A model generated the notes under the pieces. It worked only from the letters and a program-made list of their open reading frames with translations. It ran no database searches and was not told the origin of the DNA. A program made the translations under genes and the position numbers. A DNA stretch of 64,000 nucleotides from a virus: the IMG/VR virus record IMGVR_UViG_3300022927_001391, positions 41,169 to 105,168 of that record; one strand, written 5' to 3'. The stretch's first letter is position 1, and the number at the start of each line of letters is the position of its first letter. Below, one piece after another: positions 46,035-55,400 of the stretch.

Positions 46035-46357
46035 AGTTGTTCTACACGTCTAACCTTTTTTAATTCAGCATGTTGATTGTGCCAATCATTCATTACTTCG
46101 TACCAGCGTTGTCTACAGTGTACTAACATGTCACAAGCATCTGTAATCTTTACTGGATTATCGTAGTCGTCTACGAGATATAGCAGTTCATCTGCTGGCC
46201 ATGTTGCTAGTAGGGCTATTAGTTCTACTGTAACTTTAAACTGTCCACCATCATATGTGATAGTGAGACGCTGTTCCTGTTGTTCTTTAAGAGCCAAGCG
46301 TTGACGATTGTGGTCAAGACGCTGGCGTGCGAATTGTTCAAATGTTTCTAAGGTCAT
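46031..46357 (-). CDS. Conserved hypothetical phage protein
   Basis: Start reassigned to ATG 46357 (the track's TTG is a -35 box); GGQFKV..ELI, DDYDNP..I. Confidence 0.65.
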   Translation of the reverse strand: MTLETFEQFARQRLDHNRQRLALKEQQEQRLTITYDGGQFKVTVELIALLATWPADELLYLVDDYDNPVKITDACDMLVHCRQRWYEVMNDWHNQHAELKKVRRVEQL

Positions 46358-46364
46358 GTAAGAT

Positions 46365-46393
46365 AGTATAACAGGGCTCGAAAGCCCTGTCAA
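46365..46393 (-). promoter_or_regulatory. sigma70 promoter with a 20-nt UUCG hairpin in its spacer, heading the modification operon
   Basis: Minus strand TTGACA-gggctttcgagccctgt (17)-TATACT; ACAGGGCT-TTCG-AGCCCTGT hairpin at 46371-46390. Confidence 0.75.
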
Positions 46394-46399
46394 TTACTA

Positions 46400-47341
46400 T
46401 TAAGATTCTGTGTTAACTGTTGTTGCCCAGCTGGGTGTGCCCCAGGTTGCACTAATGTATGTAGTAGCGGGTGCTTGATAACTGAATGTTGTTGTCTTGC
46501 TACCATCTACTTGGTCAAGAACGTTATAAATGTTCTTGTTGTATGATGTTTCGTCTGCTGCGTCGTCAACCCACTCACTCTTGAGTGTCATTACAGTTGA
46601 ACTTCCTGCTGCTGCATTAAGATTTGTTGTAAGTTGAATGTAATTTGCTGTGTATGGAGCACTATCTTCTAATTGTTTAAACACTATTGTTGGTGTTGCG
46701 TTCATATCCCAAAAACCTTCGTTTGTTAGGTTAGTATCAGGTGTACCTGATCCGCCACTCTTGCCACTTGTTGTATTGTAAATGTAGTATGTACCACATG
46801 CTGTGGCAAGTGCTGCCCACTCGTTGTACTTGTCATCAGCAGTACCACCTGATATACTCCAATCTACGTATACACGGCCGCCTGCGTTAAAGAAGTAACG
46901 CATTGCATTAGTACTAGTAAATGTAAGTGTATCGGTTTGTGTAATTGTATTTGTAAATGTTCCGCTTACTACTGCTGTATCTGTAACTGCTGTTGCGTAT
47001 CCTGCTGCTACACTCGCTACAGCAATCTGTGCACCATCGATGACTCCAATGTCTGCTGCTAGTGTGCTAAACGCACTAATTGTATTACCAGCACTTGGGT
47101 TTGCAACTTCATCAATTGTAATACCACCGTCTTGACCGTAGTGATCACTGAGTGAACGAACTCTATCTAGTAGTGTACTCCACTGTGTTGCAGTAACAGT
47201 ATTTCCTGCACTAACTGCGGATACAGTTGTGCCCTGGCCAATGCCACGATTTCCTGTACCTGTTCCCCACAAAGCATTAACGCTTGTAACAAATCCATTG
47301 TAGTGTGTGGCTGCGATTGTATCACCAGATGTATATGCCAT
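46400..47341 (-). CDS. Virion structural protein (Ser/Thr/Gly-rich, tail-associated)
   Basis: MAYTSGDTI.A..YN, RYFFNAGG motifs; beta-rich composition; structural neighbourhood. Confidence 0.65.
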   Translation of the reverse strand: MAYTSGDTIAATHYNGFVTSVNALWGTGTGNRGIGQGTTVSAVSAGNTVTATQWSTLLDRVRSLSDHYGQDGGITIDEVANPSAGNTISAFSTLAADIGVIDGAQIAVASVAAGYATAVTDTAVVSGTFTNTITQTDTLTFTSTNAMRYFFNAGGRVYVDWSISGGTADDKYNEWAALATACGTYYIYNTTSGKSGGSGTPDTNLTNEGFWDMNATPTIVFKQLEDSAPYTANYIQLTTNLNAAAGSSTVMTLKSEWVDDAADETSYNKNIYNVLDQVDGSKTTTFSYQAPATTYISATWGTPSWATTVNTES

Positions 47342-47356
47342 GTTTTGTTCTTCCTA

Positions 47357-48796
47357 TTAGTTAATTGTTACGAAGGCTTCTACTGTTCCGGTACCTTCGG
47401 TTGTTTTGGATTCGATAGCACGGCCAATTACGTTAAATGATGTTGCTTCACCGGGGTGTGCTGCTCTTGCCAGTCCGTTACCTGCACTAACTAGTCTATC
47501 ACCTTTATTTATTAGGCCAGTCACATTTACTGGTGTTCTGCCCGCAACAGCGACCGGAGAACCATCTCTTAGTTTAGCGTTCATTAGGTATGCTGGTTGA
47601 TTGCTAATTACACCAAATACAGTATCACTTAGTTCTTCGTTAACACGAGTAATTTCTGCTGCACCTCCTAGTGCAACAACTGTACCAGGAGCATACTGTG
47701 CGTCTGCAGCAAAGTTTTCTGCAACGTCAGCGTATTGTGCGCTTGTTGCTACACCATAGAATGTATCTGCATACACTGCATTAAACGGTGTACCACTTGA
47801 ACCAATGTCCTGTGTTCCATCTAAGCTTAGTAGGTCACCACTGAGTGTTGCTGTAAGTAATGTGCTTGTTGCGTTATCAACATAATTCTTTGTTGCTACA
47901 CCATTGCTAGTTGTTGGATCACCAGCAACTACTAGTCTTGATGTTGCACCATCAATTGTTAGTGCAGTTGTAGTAACACCACCATCATTTACTTTAAAAA
48001 TAAGGTCGCCGTCGCTGGTCACGTTTGAAACTGTAACATCGCTACCGCTTACGCCCACTGTAAAGTCACTGTCAACACCAACAACAATACCAGTATCGTT
48101 TAGGATACTTAGTACGCCGCTTGTGCTATCACTAGCATCAGCACGTAAGAAGTTTGCTGCTGCTACGCCGCCTAGTGCGTCTGCGTCTGTTGCTGTACCC
48201 TGGAACTTAGCACCACTAACTGTTGAACTTAGCTGTACACCTGGCTTAATTGTGGAGAAGCCGCCAAGTGCGCTCTGTGGTGTAAATTCTGTGTCTTTGC
48301 TAACAGTACCAACTACAGTGTTTGCTACATATAGTTTAACAACTACGTGGTCTGTAGCACCGCTATCTGTAACTGTTTCAACAATAGCACCAGAAGTACC
48401 AGATCCGCTAGTAAATGCTGGACCAATAGTTACGAAACTAGAACCGTTATAAACCTTTAACTGTCCGTTGGTTGTATCCCACCAAAGATCGCCAGTTACA
48501 CTACCAGTTGGTGTGCTAGCACTAGCTGTACTCGAGCTAACAGTTTTAAATGCAGTGCCAGTATAAACCTTAAGTAGGCTATTTGTACTGTCCCACCACA
48601 TCTGTCCAGCCACTGGGCTGCTTGGTGCGCTAGTATTACTAAAATTTTCTAATAATTTAACGAAGTTTTCGTTAAGGAACTCGCCGTATCCAGCGTAGTT
48701 CTTACCAACAAGTGTTATGTCAGTAGTGGTATCGATCGTACCGTCTGAAACAGTTGTTAGCACTGTACCACTGGTTTTATTAATTGTATAAGCCAT
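47357..48796 (-). CDS. Tail fibre/baseplate-associated protein with C-terminal AQYADxAE domain
   Basis: LVGKNYAGYGE..NENF.KLLENF, repeated G.LWWD.T...LKVY.G, ATK.YVD, AQYADVAE. Confidence 0.7.
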   Translation of the reverse strand: MAYTINKTSGTVLTTVSDGTIDTTTDITLVGKNYAGYGEFLNENFVKLLENFSNTSAPSSPVAGQMWWDSTNSLLKVYTGTAFKTVSSSTASASTPTGSVTGDLWWDTTNGQLKVYNGSSFVTIGPAFTSGSGTSGAIVETVTDSGATDHVVVKLYVANTVVGTVSKDTEFTPQSALGGFSTIKPGVQLSSTVSGAKFQGTATDADALGGVAAANFLRADASDSTSGVLSILNDTGIVVGVDSDFTVGVSGSDVTVSNVTSDGDLIFKVNDGGVTTTALTIDGATSRLVVAGDPTTSNGVATKNYVDNATSTLLTATLSGDLLSLDGTQDIGSSGTPFNAVYADTFYGVATSAQYADVAENFAADAQYAPGTVVALGGAAEITRVNEELSDTVFGVISNQPAYLMNAKLRDGSPVAVAGRTPVNVTGLINKGDRLVSAGNGLARAAHPGEATSFNVIGRAIESKTTEGTGTVEAFVTIN

Positions 48797-48826
48797 ATCG
48801 TTTAGTTCTCCACAAACTTTATAAAT

Positions 48827-48834
48827 TATTTATC
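48827..48834 (-). promoter_or_regulatory. Late-promoter-like GATAAATA
   Basis: Intergenic, about 30 bp upstream of the 48796 start. Confidence 0.5.
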
Positions 48835-48854
48835 ATTAAAATAATATTGTAGTT

Positions 48855-49538
48855 TTATAAACTCGTTAAATTGGTAAGAGTCTGAATACGAATTGTATAA
48901 TCTATCTGTATTAATCTGTTCAAACTCTTTTGTACAGGATGGAAAATAACATGAGTAAGTAGCTTTCCAGTATTAACTGTACCTGCCCAGCTCTTTAACC
49001 CTAACTCGTCAAATGTAAAGTTTTCGTTGAAGTTGCTGGTATTGTCAAATGCCTGCTGTCCGCTAGGCTCGCCATAGTCAAGCAAACAACTTACTACAAC
49101 ATCAGTATAAATGTTACCGCTAACGTGGCTTACAGTAAGTTTGTTTCTGCCCTGATCTGTATTTAGGCTAGAATTATCATCTACTACTTTATAGTATGTT
49201 TGGTTATATAATGCTGCGTTAGCGCCAGTACTGTTGGCTGGCAGATATGTAATAACGCCAGTAGGGTCTACACTAGTCCCGCCGTTGCCAAACGCCATTT
49301 CATGTATAAAGCCGGTTGTTTTGTTAGCAATGCTAAGAGCAAGTGCTTCGCTCATATTTTCGTAATGGATCGCGTTACGTTTGTTTACAAAGTCCTCACC
49401 AGTCTCAGGGTCAAAAATTCGAATATGTCCTTCCATGAGAACACCGCCGTTTTCCCGTAATCCTGGCTTGGTTTTGTCTCGCTGCTCATCAGTCATGTTG
49501 TTCTCTTCTGTCATTATAGTTATACCTTTAGGACACAT
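48855..49538 (-). CDS. Virion structural protein (baseplate/tail-associated)
   Basis: GHIRIFDP, MAFGNGGT, FDELGL, LLTHVIFHPVQKSLNRLIQIDYT; true start may be a few codons downstream. Confidence 0.6.
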   Translation of the reverse strand: MCPKGITIMTEENNMTDEQRDKTKPGLRENGGVLMEGHIRIFDPETGEDFVNKRNAIHYENMSEALALSIANKTTGFIHEMAFGNGGTSVDPTGVITYLPANSTGANAALYNQTYYKVVDDNSSLNTDQGRNKLTVSHVSGNIYTDVVVSCLLDYGEPSGQQAFDNTSNFNENFTFDELGLKSWAGTVNTGKLLTHVIFHPVQKSLNRLIQIDYTIRIQTLTNLTSL

Positions 49539-52402
49539 TCAATAAGTTTTTCACCTGTATCAGCATTTGTTTCAAGAGCTATGCCAACACGAGCGCCATC
49601 TGCTGTCGCACTAGCAACACCGTCGTGATCCGCATAAACCGCTTGACCCTTTACTACTGAACCTACTACTCTCACAGGAACACGACCTACTAGTGCGACA
49701 GCAACGCCGTTTTCTAAATCGCTATTCATTAGATAGGCTGGTGCAGTACTTATCACACCTACAGGTATGCTGTCTTGTTTACAATATGTTACTTCTGCAC
49801 CGCCACCAACTGTCATTACTGTACCAAATGGATATTCTGCATCTGGTAGATAACGTTCTGCTAAGTCAGCGTATTGCGCTGCTGTGGTTGTAGCAGTGAT
49901 AGTGCCTGCACTAAAGTTACCGCTACCATCACGGAATACAATAGTACTTGCAGTATTTGAGCTTGTAGCATTGGATGTAACAGTAAATGTCGCACCTTCT
50001 GCGCTTGCGCTGCCAGTTAGTCCATTACCGCTTACTGCGCCTGCTGCAACGTAGTTACCAGTTGTGTCTGTACCTAGTGCAACTGAGTTGGCAGCGATCG
50101 TTGTAGTAATGCTAATATTGCCAGATCCATTAAATGATGCGCTCGTTCCGGTCACATCACCTGTCAAACTTAGAGTACGAGCAGTTTGCCAAGCTGTTGC
50201 CGTGGTAGCGTTGCCACTTAGTGAAGCAGTAATTGTGCCTGCTGTTAGATTTCCATATGCAAAATTAGCATCGCCAGTATCAATTGTGGTTCCGGTGGGC
50301 TCTGCTCCGTAATCACCAAACAGCTTCCACATACCACCATCACTAGCGTCACGGAATAAACCAGCATGAGCTGCTCTACTACCATTGTAATAATGTCCAG
50401 CAAATCCAATATCTACTAAGTCACTAGACTCGTTCCCAACTGCCAAACGGATTAAAGGATCAGCAACATCCAAGTCAGTAGCACTGACTGTTGTCGTCGT
50501 ACCCAATACGCTCAAGTTGCCTGTGACTTCCAAAGCGCCACCAACACTTAAATCATTTGTAATTGTTACATCACTTGGCAATCCTATTGTTACAGTATTA
50601 TCTGTAACTGCTGTTTCGATCTCATTTGCTGTACCACTAAATGTAAGTGTATCAGTACCAAGAGTAATTGTATCTGTACCACTGTCACCAGCAATATCTG
50701 TAGTTGTCACTATGCTAGATGTTTGTGTGTCAACATATTCTTTTGTAGCAGCATCAGAGTTTACAGTTGGAGTTGCTAGATTAGTAATTTTGTTGGCGCC
50801 AACATCAATTGTCTGACTGCCTGCTACCGTAAATCCAGCGTCAAAATCAGCACTTGTGGAAAAAGTTATAGCATTGCTAAATGTAATAGCGCCTGTTACT
50901 GTACTACCAATACTTGTAATGTCACTTAAATTACCTGTTGTAATAACTGTACCACTAACATCAGGCAGTGTAACTGTGCGATCTGCGGTTGGATCTGTAA
51001 CAGTTAGTGTAGTTTCAAAAGCGTTGTCAGTAGCACCTTCAAAAACGATGTTGGCAGCAGTAGTAATATCACCGGAAATATCCAATCCTGTTAGTGTGCC
51101 TACACTTGTAATATTTGTTTGTGCTACGGTGGTAAGTGTTCCTGCTAGATTTGTTGCTGTTACTGTATCAATGTAAGCTTGTGCCCATTCTGTACCTACT
51201 GCACCTAAGTCATAAGTGCTATCTACGCCTGGCAGTAAATCACCTGTAATGTTTACTGTTCCTGTACCATTGGTAACGATGTTGATATCGTTATTAGTGA
51301 CAAGATTGCTGATTGTGTTACCACCAATTTCAATATTACCGAAGTCTGGTGCAGCAGTAAGAGCAATGCTAATATCGTCTGTATTTTCAGTTACACTAAA
51401 ATTGCTGTCAAAAATTAGCGTTTTCAGTTTGAAATCTACACCAACTTTAGTTTTAAAAATCTCAGCACCTGTACCCACATTTGAAATTGTGTTTGCTTCA
51501 CCGCCAGATGCTCCAGGTGCAACTGCTGGTTCCCATTCTCCGTCCATAGCGTTCCATGTTAAAACATCGTTTGCATTAGGCGTAGCACTTGTAACATCCA
51601 CGTCACTTAGGTCGCCAATACTTGCTGCTGCGATGCGAGCGTCTGATCTAGCATTTGTATAGTATAAGTTCGATGCACCTTCTGGCAATACATCTGTATT
51701 AACCTGATTTGCGCCAGTACCAAAATCAATATGTGTATCATTAATACCATCTGCTGCTAGTACAACATTACCGCTAGTTACTATAAAGTTTGTAGTATCA
51801 AAACTTGCTATGCCCTTGTTAGATATACTTGCATCTTCAGCACTAATAGTTAATGTGTCACCACTCTGTGCAGTGTCAATACCTTCACCACCTGTTACTG
51901 TAAGGGTGTCGCCTAGATCAATAGCTGTGCTACCACTATCGCCTGCCAGTGTAATAGTACTGTTTGTAATACTACTATTAGGAATACTTGCTAGAGCAAT
52001 TACACCAGTGCCAGCAGTGTAGGTAATACCAGTAGCCGTTGTAGCACTGAAATGGGCTCGTACTTCACTTGCGCTAGGTCCAGTGTAGGTTATAACACCT
52101 GTTGTACTATTGTAACTTAGACTGCCATCACCACCACTATCTGTAACACTAATAGCAGCTCTAGCTCTGGTATTTGTGAAGTACATAGTTCCGCTAGTTA
52201 CGCTAGCACTAGGGTCTTCCGTTAAGTCTGATGTATCAATAACTAAATTATTTGTGGATGCGCTAGTAATTGCAACTCCATTAATAGTTTTTACATAGTT
52301 ATTTTCCAAATCGTTAGTTCTAGTATTCAGATCAGAAAAGTTTCCATCTACTTCTGTAAATGTAAGTGGTGTACTTTTACTACTACGGAGAACTATTGCC
52401 AT
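49520..52402 (-). CDS. Tail fibre-like protein with C-terminal AQYADLAE domain
   Basis: LT..EVD.NF..L N-terminus, repeated LY(Y/F)T..R and AGDSG modules, AATKEYVD, AQYADLAERY...GRVPVRV.G. Confidence 0.7.
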   Translation of the reverse strand: MAIVLRSSKSTPLTFTEVDGNFSDLNTRTNDLENNYVKTINGVAITSASTNNLVIDTSDLTEDPSASVTSGTMYFTNTRARAAISVTDSGGDGSLSYNSTTGVITYTGPSASEVRAHFSATTATGITYTAGTGVIALASIPNSSITNSTITLAGDSGSTAIDLGDTLTVTGGEGIDTAQSGDTLTISAEDASISNKGIASFDTTNFIVTSGNVVLAADGINDTHIDFGTGANQVNTDVLPEGASNLYYTNARSDARIAAASIGDLSDVDVTSATPNANDVLTWNAMDGEWEPAVAPGASGGEANTISNVGTGAEIFKTKVGVDFKLKTLIFDSNFSVTENTDDISIALTAAPDFGNIEIGGNTISNLVTNNDINIVTNGTGTVNITGDLLPGVDSTYDLGAVGTEWAQAYIDTVTATNLAGTLTTVAQTNITSVGTLTGLDISGDITTAANIVFEGATDNAFETTLTVTDPTADRTVTLPDVSGTVITTGNLSDITSIGSTVTGAITFSNAITFSTSADFDAGFTVAGSQTIDVGANKITNLATPTVNSDAATKEYVDTQTSSIVTTTDIAGDSGTDTITLGTDTLTFSGTANEIETAVTDNTVTIGLPSDVTITNDLSVGGALEVTGNLSVLGTTTTVSATDLDVADPLIRLAVGNESSDLVDIGFAGHYYNGSRAAHAGLFRDASDGGMWKLFGDYGAEPTGTTIDTGDANFAYGNLTAGTITASLSGNATTATAWQTARTLSLTGDVTGTSASFNGSGNISITTTIAANSVALGTDTTGNYVAAGAVSGNGLTGSASAEGATFTVTSNATSSNTASTIVFRDGSGNFSAGTITATTTAAQYADLAERYLPDAEYPFGTVMTVGGGAEVTYCKQDSIPVGVISTAPAYLMNSDLENGVAVALVGRVPVRVVGSVVKGQAVYADHDGVASATADGARVGIALETNADTGEKLIECVLKV

Positions 52403-52428
52403 CTTTATTATATTCCTGCTTTATTCTA

Positions 52429-52436
52429 TATTTATA
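52429..52436 (-). promoter_or_regulatory. T4-type late promoter TATAAATA
   Basis: Exact TATAAATA on the minus strand in the gap before 52402. Confidence 0.65.
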
Positions 52437-52446
52437 TAAACTTTCG

Positions 52447-55400
52447 TTAGGGTCTTACCTCAACATAACCGTCCTCTACATATCCATCTTCTAGATAATA
52501 TGGAGAGTTACTCTCTGCTATGAAGTTGGGTACAAATGCTTCTCGTGCTCTTAAGAATCTAGCATTCACACTATTACTTGCCTGTAAGCCAGCACCATTA
52601 GCTGCTGATCCTACTCCAGCATCATACCATATATGTGTATGCGTATTAGTTTCTGGTAAATTTTGATCAGAACTTGCATCAATCACTCTTGTACCTACAC
52701 GGTGTATTGTAGCAAATCTGGTGCCAGCAGTACTTCTTCTAATATTGGTAATATAATTGTCTTCTGTGTTAATTTCCCAATAAGTTACACGCTCATTGCC
52801 AACAAAAATTACACCTGGATTATCACTGTCTACACTTGCCTGTGGTAGCTTACTGACATCATCCACATAGATTTTTGTATCAGTTGGGTATAAGTTTTGT
52901 GTTAATTCTGTTGTATTATCAGCGGCAATTCTCAAATATTCATAATCACCCAGCATGTTTTTAAAGATTCTAAAACCAATAGTTGGTTGGACGACATTTT
53001 CTGTAAAATGAGATATAACTATTATACTAGTAGAATCAATAGTTTGACCAGATAAGTCAATAACGTTTCCATTTTCAATTATAAACTGTCCGGGATGTAG
53101 TTTTACACCGTTTAACGTTATCCACAAATTATTGCTATTGGTTACTGTACGATCCAGGGCATATTTGCTAGGAGAGCTACCAGCTAGTGATATTCCGTCA
53201 AAGTCGCCAGAGTCAAAGCTATCATCGTCAAATCCTATTACTGTTTCTAAAATCTCCGAACCTAATCCTACGAATACCTTGGTTTGTATACGTAATGGAT
53301 CATGGTTAGCAAATGTTGTAACATACAATTTATCACCTGTACTGAAACTTACGCTGCTAGTAAGTGTAATAGTGTTTCCATCTACTAGATATTCTGCTCC
53401 TGTTCTCACACTTACAATAACTGTATCACCTGAGCTTGGTGCAGTATAGAATGTTATAGTTCTTAAACTACTGCCATCTGTTGGATCAACAACATAATCA
53501 ATACTTGCTACTTTGTTGGTTGGTGGATTTAGTGTACTACTGTCATCTTTGCTTATGACAGTTACTCGGATATCACCATCGTTAACAAGAGCGCTTTCTT
53601 CTGCTGTGCCTGGGATACTATAAGTTACTGTACTACCATCGCCCACATAGTGCTTTGCGTTTGTTGGTCGTAGTCTTAAATTGTTAAGTTCAACAATAAC
53701 ATTGCCCTCAAAAGGTTGAGCATATCGTACAGTTTTATTCAACTCGTATGTATTAGTACCAGAAGTTAAGGTTATTTCCTGAGTATCGATCTCAGTATAC
53801 GCTTGTCTGCTAGGATCTTTGTTGAAAGCAAACACGTGAACATGATCATTTTCTGCAGGAACGTCATTTAATATAAGGATGCTAAGTCCATTGTCTTGCA
53901 CTGTATATTCTGCTGTTGACAAGGTTTCACCATTTATCAATACAAGATATTGTTGTGCTAAGTCGTAATTGATACCTAAAGTAAATGTAAATGTTTCACC
54001 ATCTGTAAAGAACGATTCCTCATGCACGGGCTTTTCACCAGTGTTACCAAAACTGTAAATGTACACTGTTTGACCTACAGTAGGTGCAGTAGCTAATGTT
54101 ACTGTTCTATTCAAATAATTTTTAGTGAATGATCTAACAGGTGTAGCGTTTAAGTACACAAACACGTTTTCTACATCTTGTGCTTTTGTAGTATTACTAA
54201 AAATAAACGTATTAGTTGTGCCATCCCCTTCATAAGATCTAAACACTGTTTCAACGCCATTACCATCCCATTCAAAATCATCACTAGGATCTGTAAAGAC
54301 TTCCATATCCAATGTGTCAAATACTATACCTGGTATTACTTCTTCTGGCGCATGACTATTGTATTCATCTACAAACTGTCCACCATTTACATCAATATCT
54401 TCTGGACGAGTTCCTAATGCTAGGTCCTGGAACGTACTCTTAATAATGCTATCAAGTGCGCTAGCACCACTTAATACTGTAAGTCCGTCAGTATCAATAT
54501 CAAAATCGTCAAAACCAACATTATCAAATGCCGCTGTGTCCCAGCCTGGTTCTCTTTCAAAGCCAGCGCCAGATACTCTTACACCTTTATAATCAGTTCC
54601 GCGCTGTAATAGGTCTAGATCGTCACCAAGCATGCCGGCTGTAGGAGTATAAAATGCAGCAATCCTATCAGCATTACTTGCTAGATTTTCATCTGCATAA
54701 ACTTCTAATACTGTAGTTCCGCTTGAGTTCTCTACACTGAAAGTACTGCCGCTGGTAAACCCACCTGAAACGATGCATTTATACACTTCTTGAGAACCTG
54801 TAACTGAGTTATAGTAGGAAATTAAATCATTTTGACTATAAGATGTATTAGCTGCCCAGTTCATAACTGTTGAACTGTAGGTAATTCTATCAAACTTCAT
54901 GCTAATATCAAATTCACGATTTGTATTATTAGCCATTCTGGCTAGTAGAATACATCCTGTTCCAGCACCAGTTACTGTAATAGTAGGAGTAGTAATATAA
55001 CCGCTACCAGGATTTGTAATTCTTACTCTAATAATATTATTAGTATTACTAACAGCAACTACAGTCGCTCTTACTCCGCCAGCAAGATCTGGTGCACTAA
55101 CAGTAACTATCGGATCCTGAATATAACCAGACCCAGCAGCATATATTTCTACGCTTGACAGGAAGTAACTATAATTTTTACTCCAGGGATTATTCAAACC
55201 CTGTGTACGGAGTATTTCATCGCCACTGTAATCACCACTGGGCTTTCTAAACAGCATTAGATTTTCATCATAAAATGCATGAACGTCAAAGTCGGTTACG
55301 TCTCCGTCAAAATTATCATTACCATCAAATTTAGATACATATTCTCTGATCTTGGTATGGTACGGTTTTACCTCGTTTATATAATCTTCAATAAGGTGAT

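Noticed and set aside
47357-49885. Diversity-generating retroelement (TR/VR pair) in the fibre C-termini
   Set aside because: Similarity is at the protein level with differences at all bases, not adenine-specific; no reverse transcriptase in the window.
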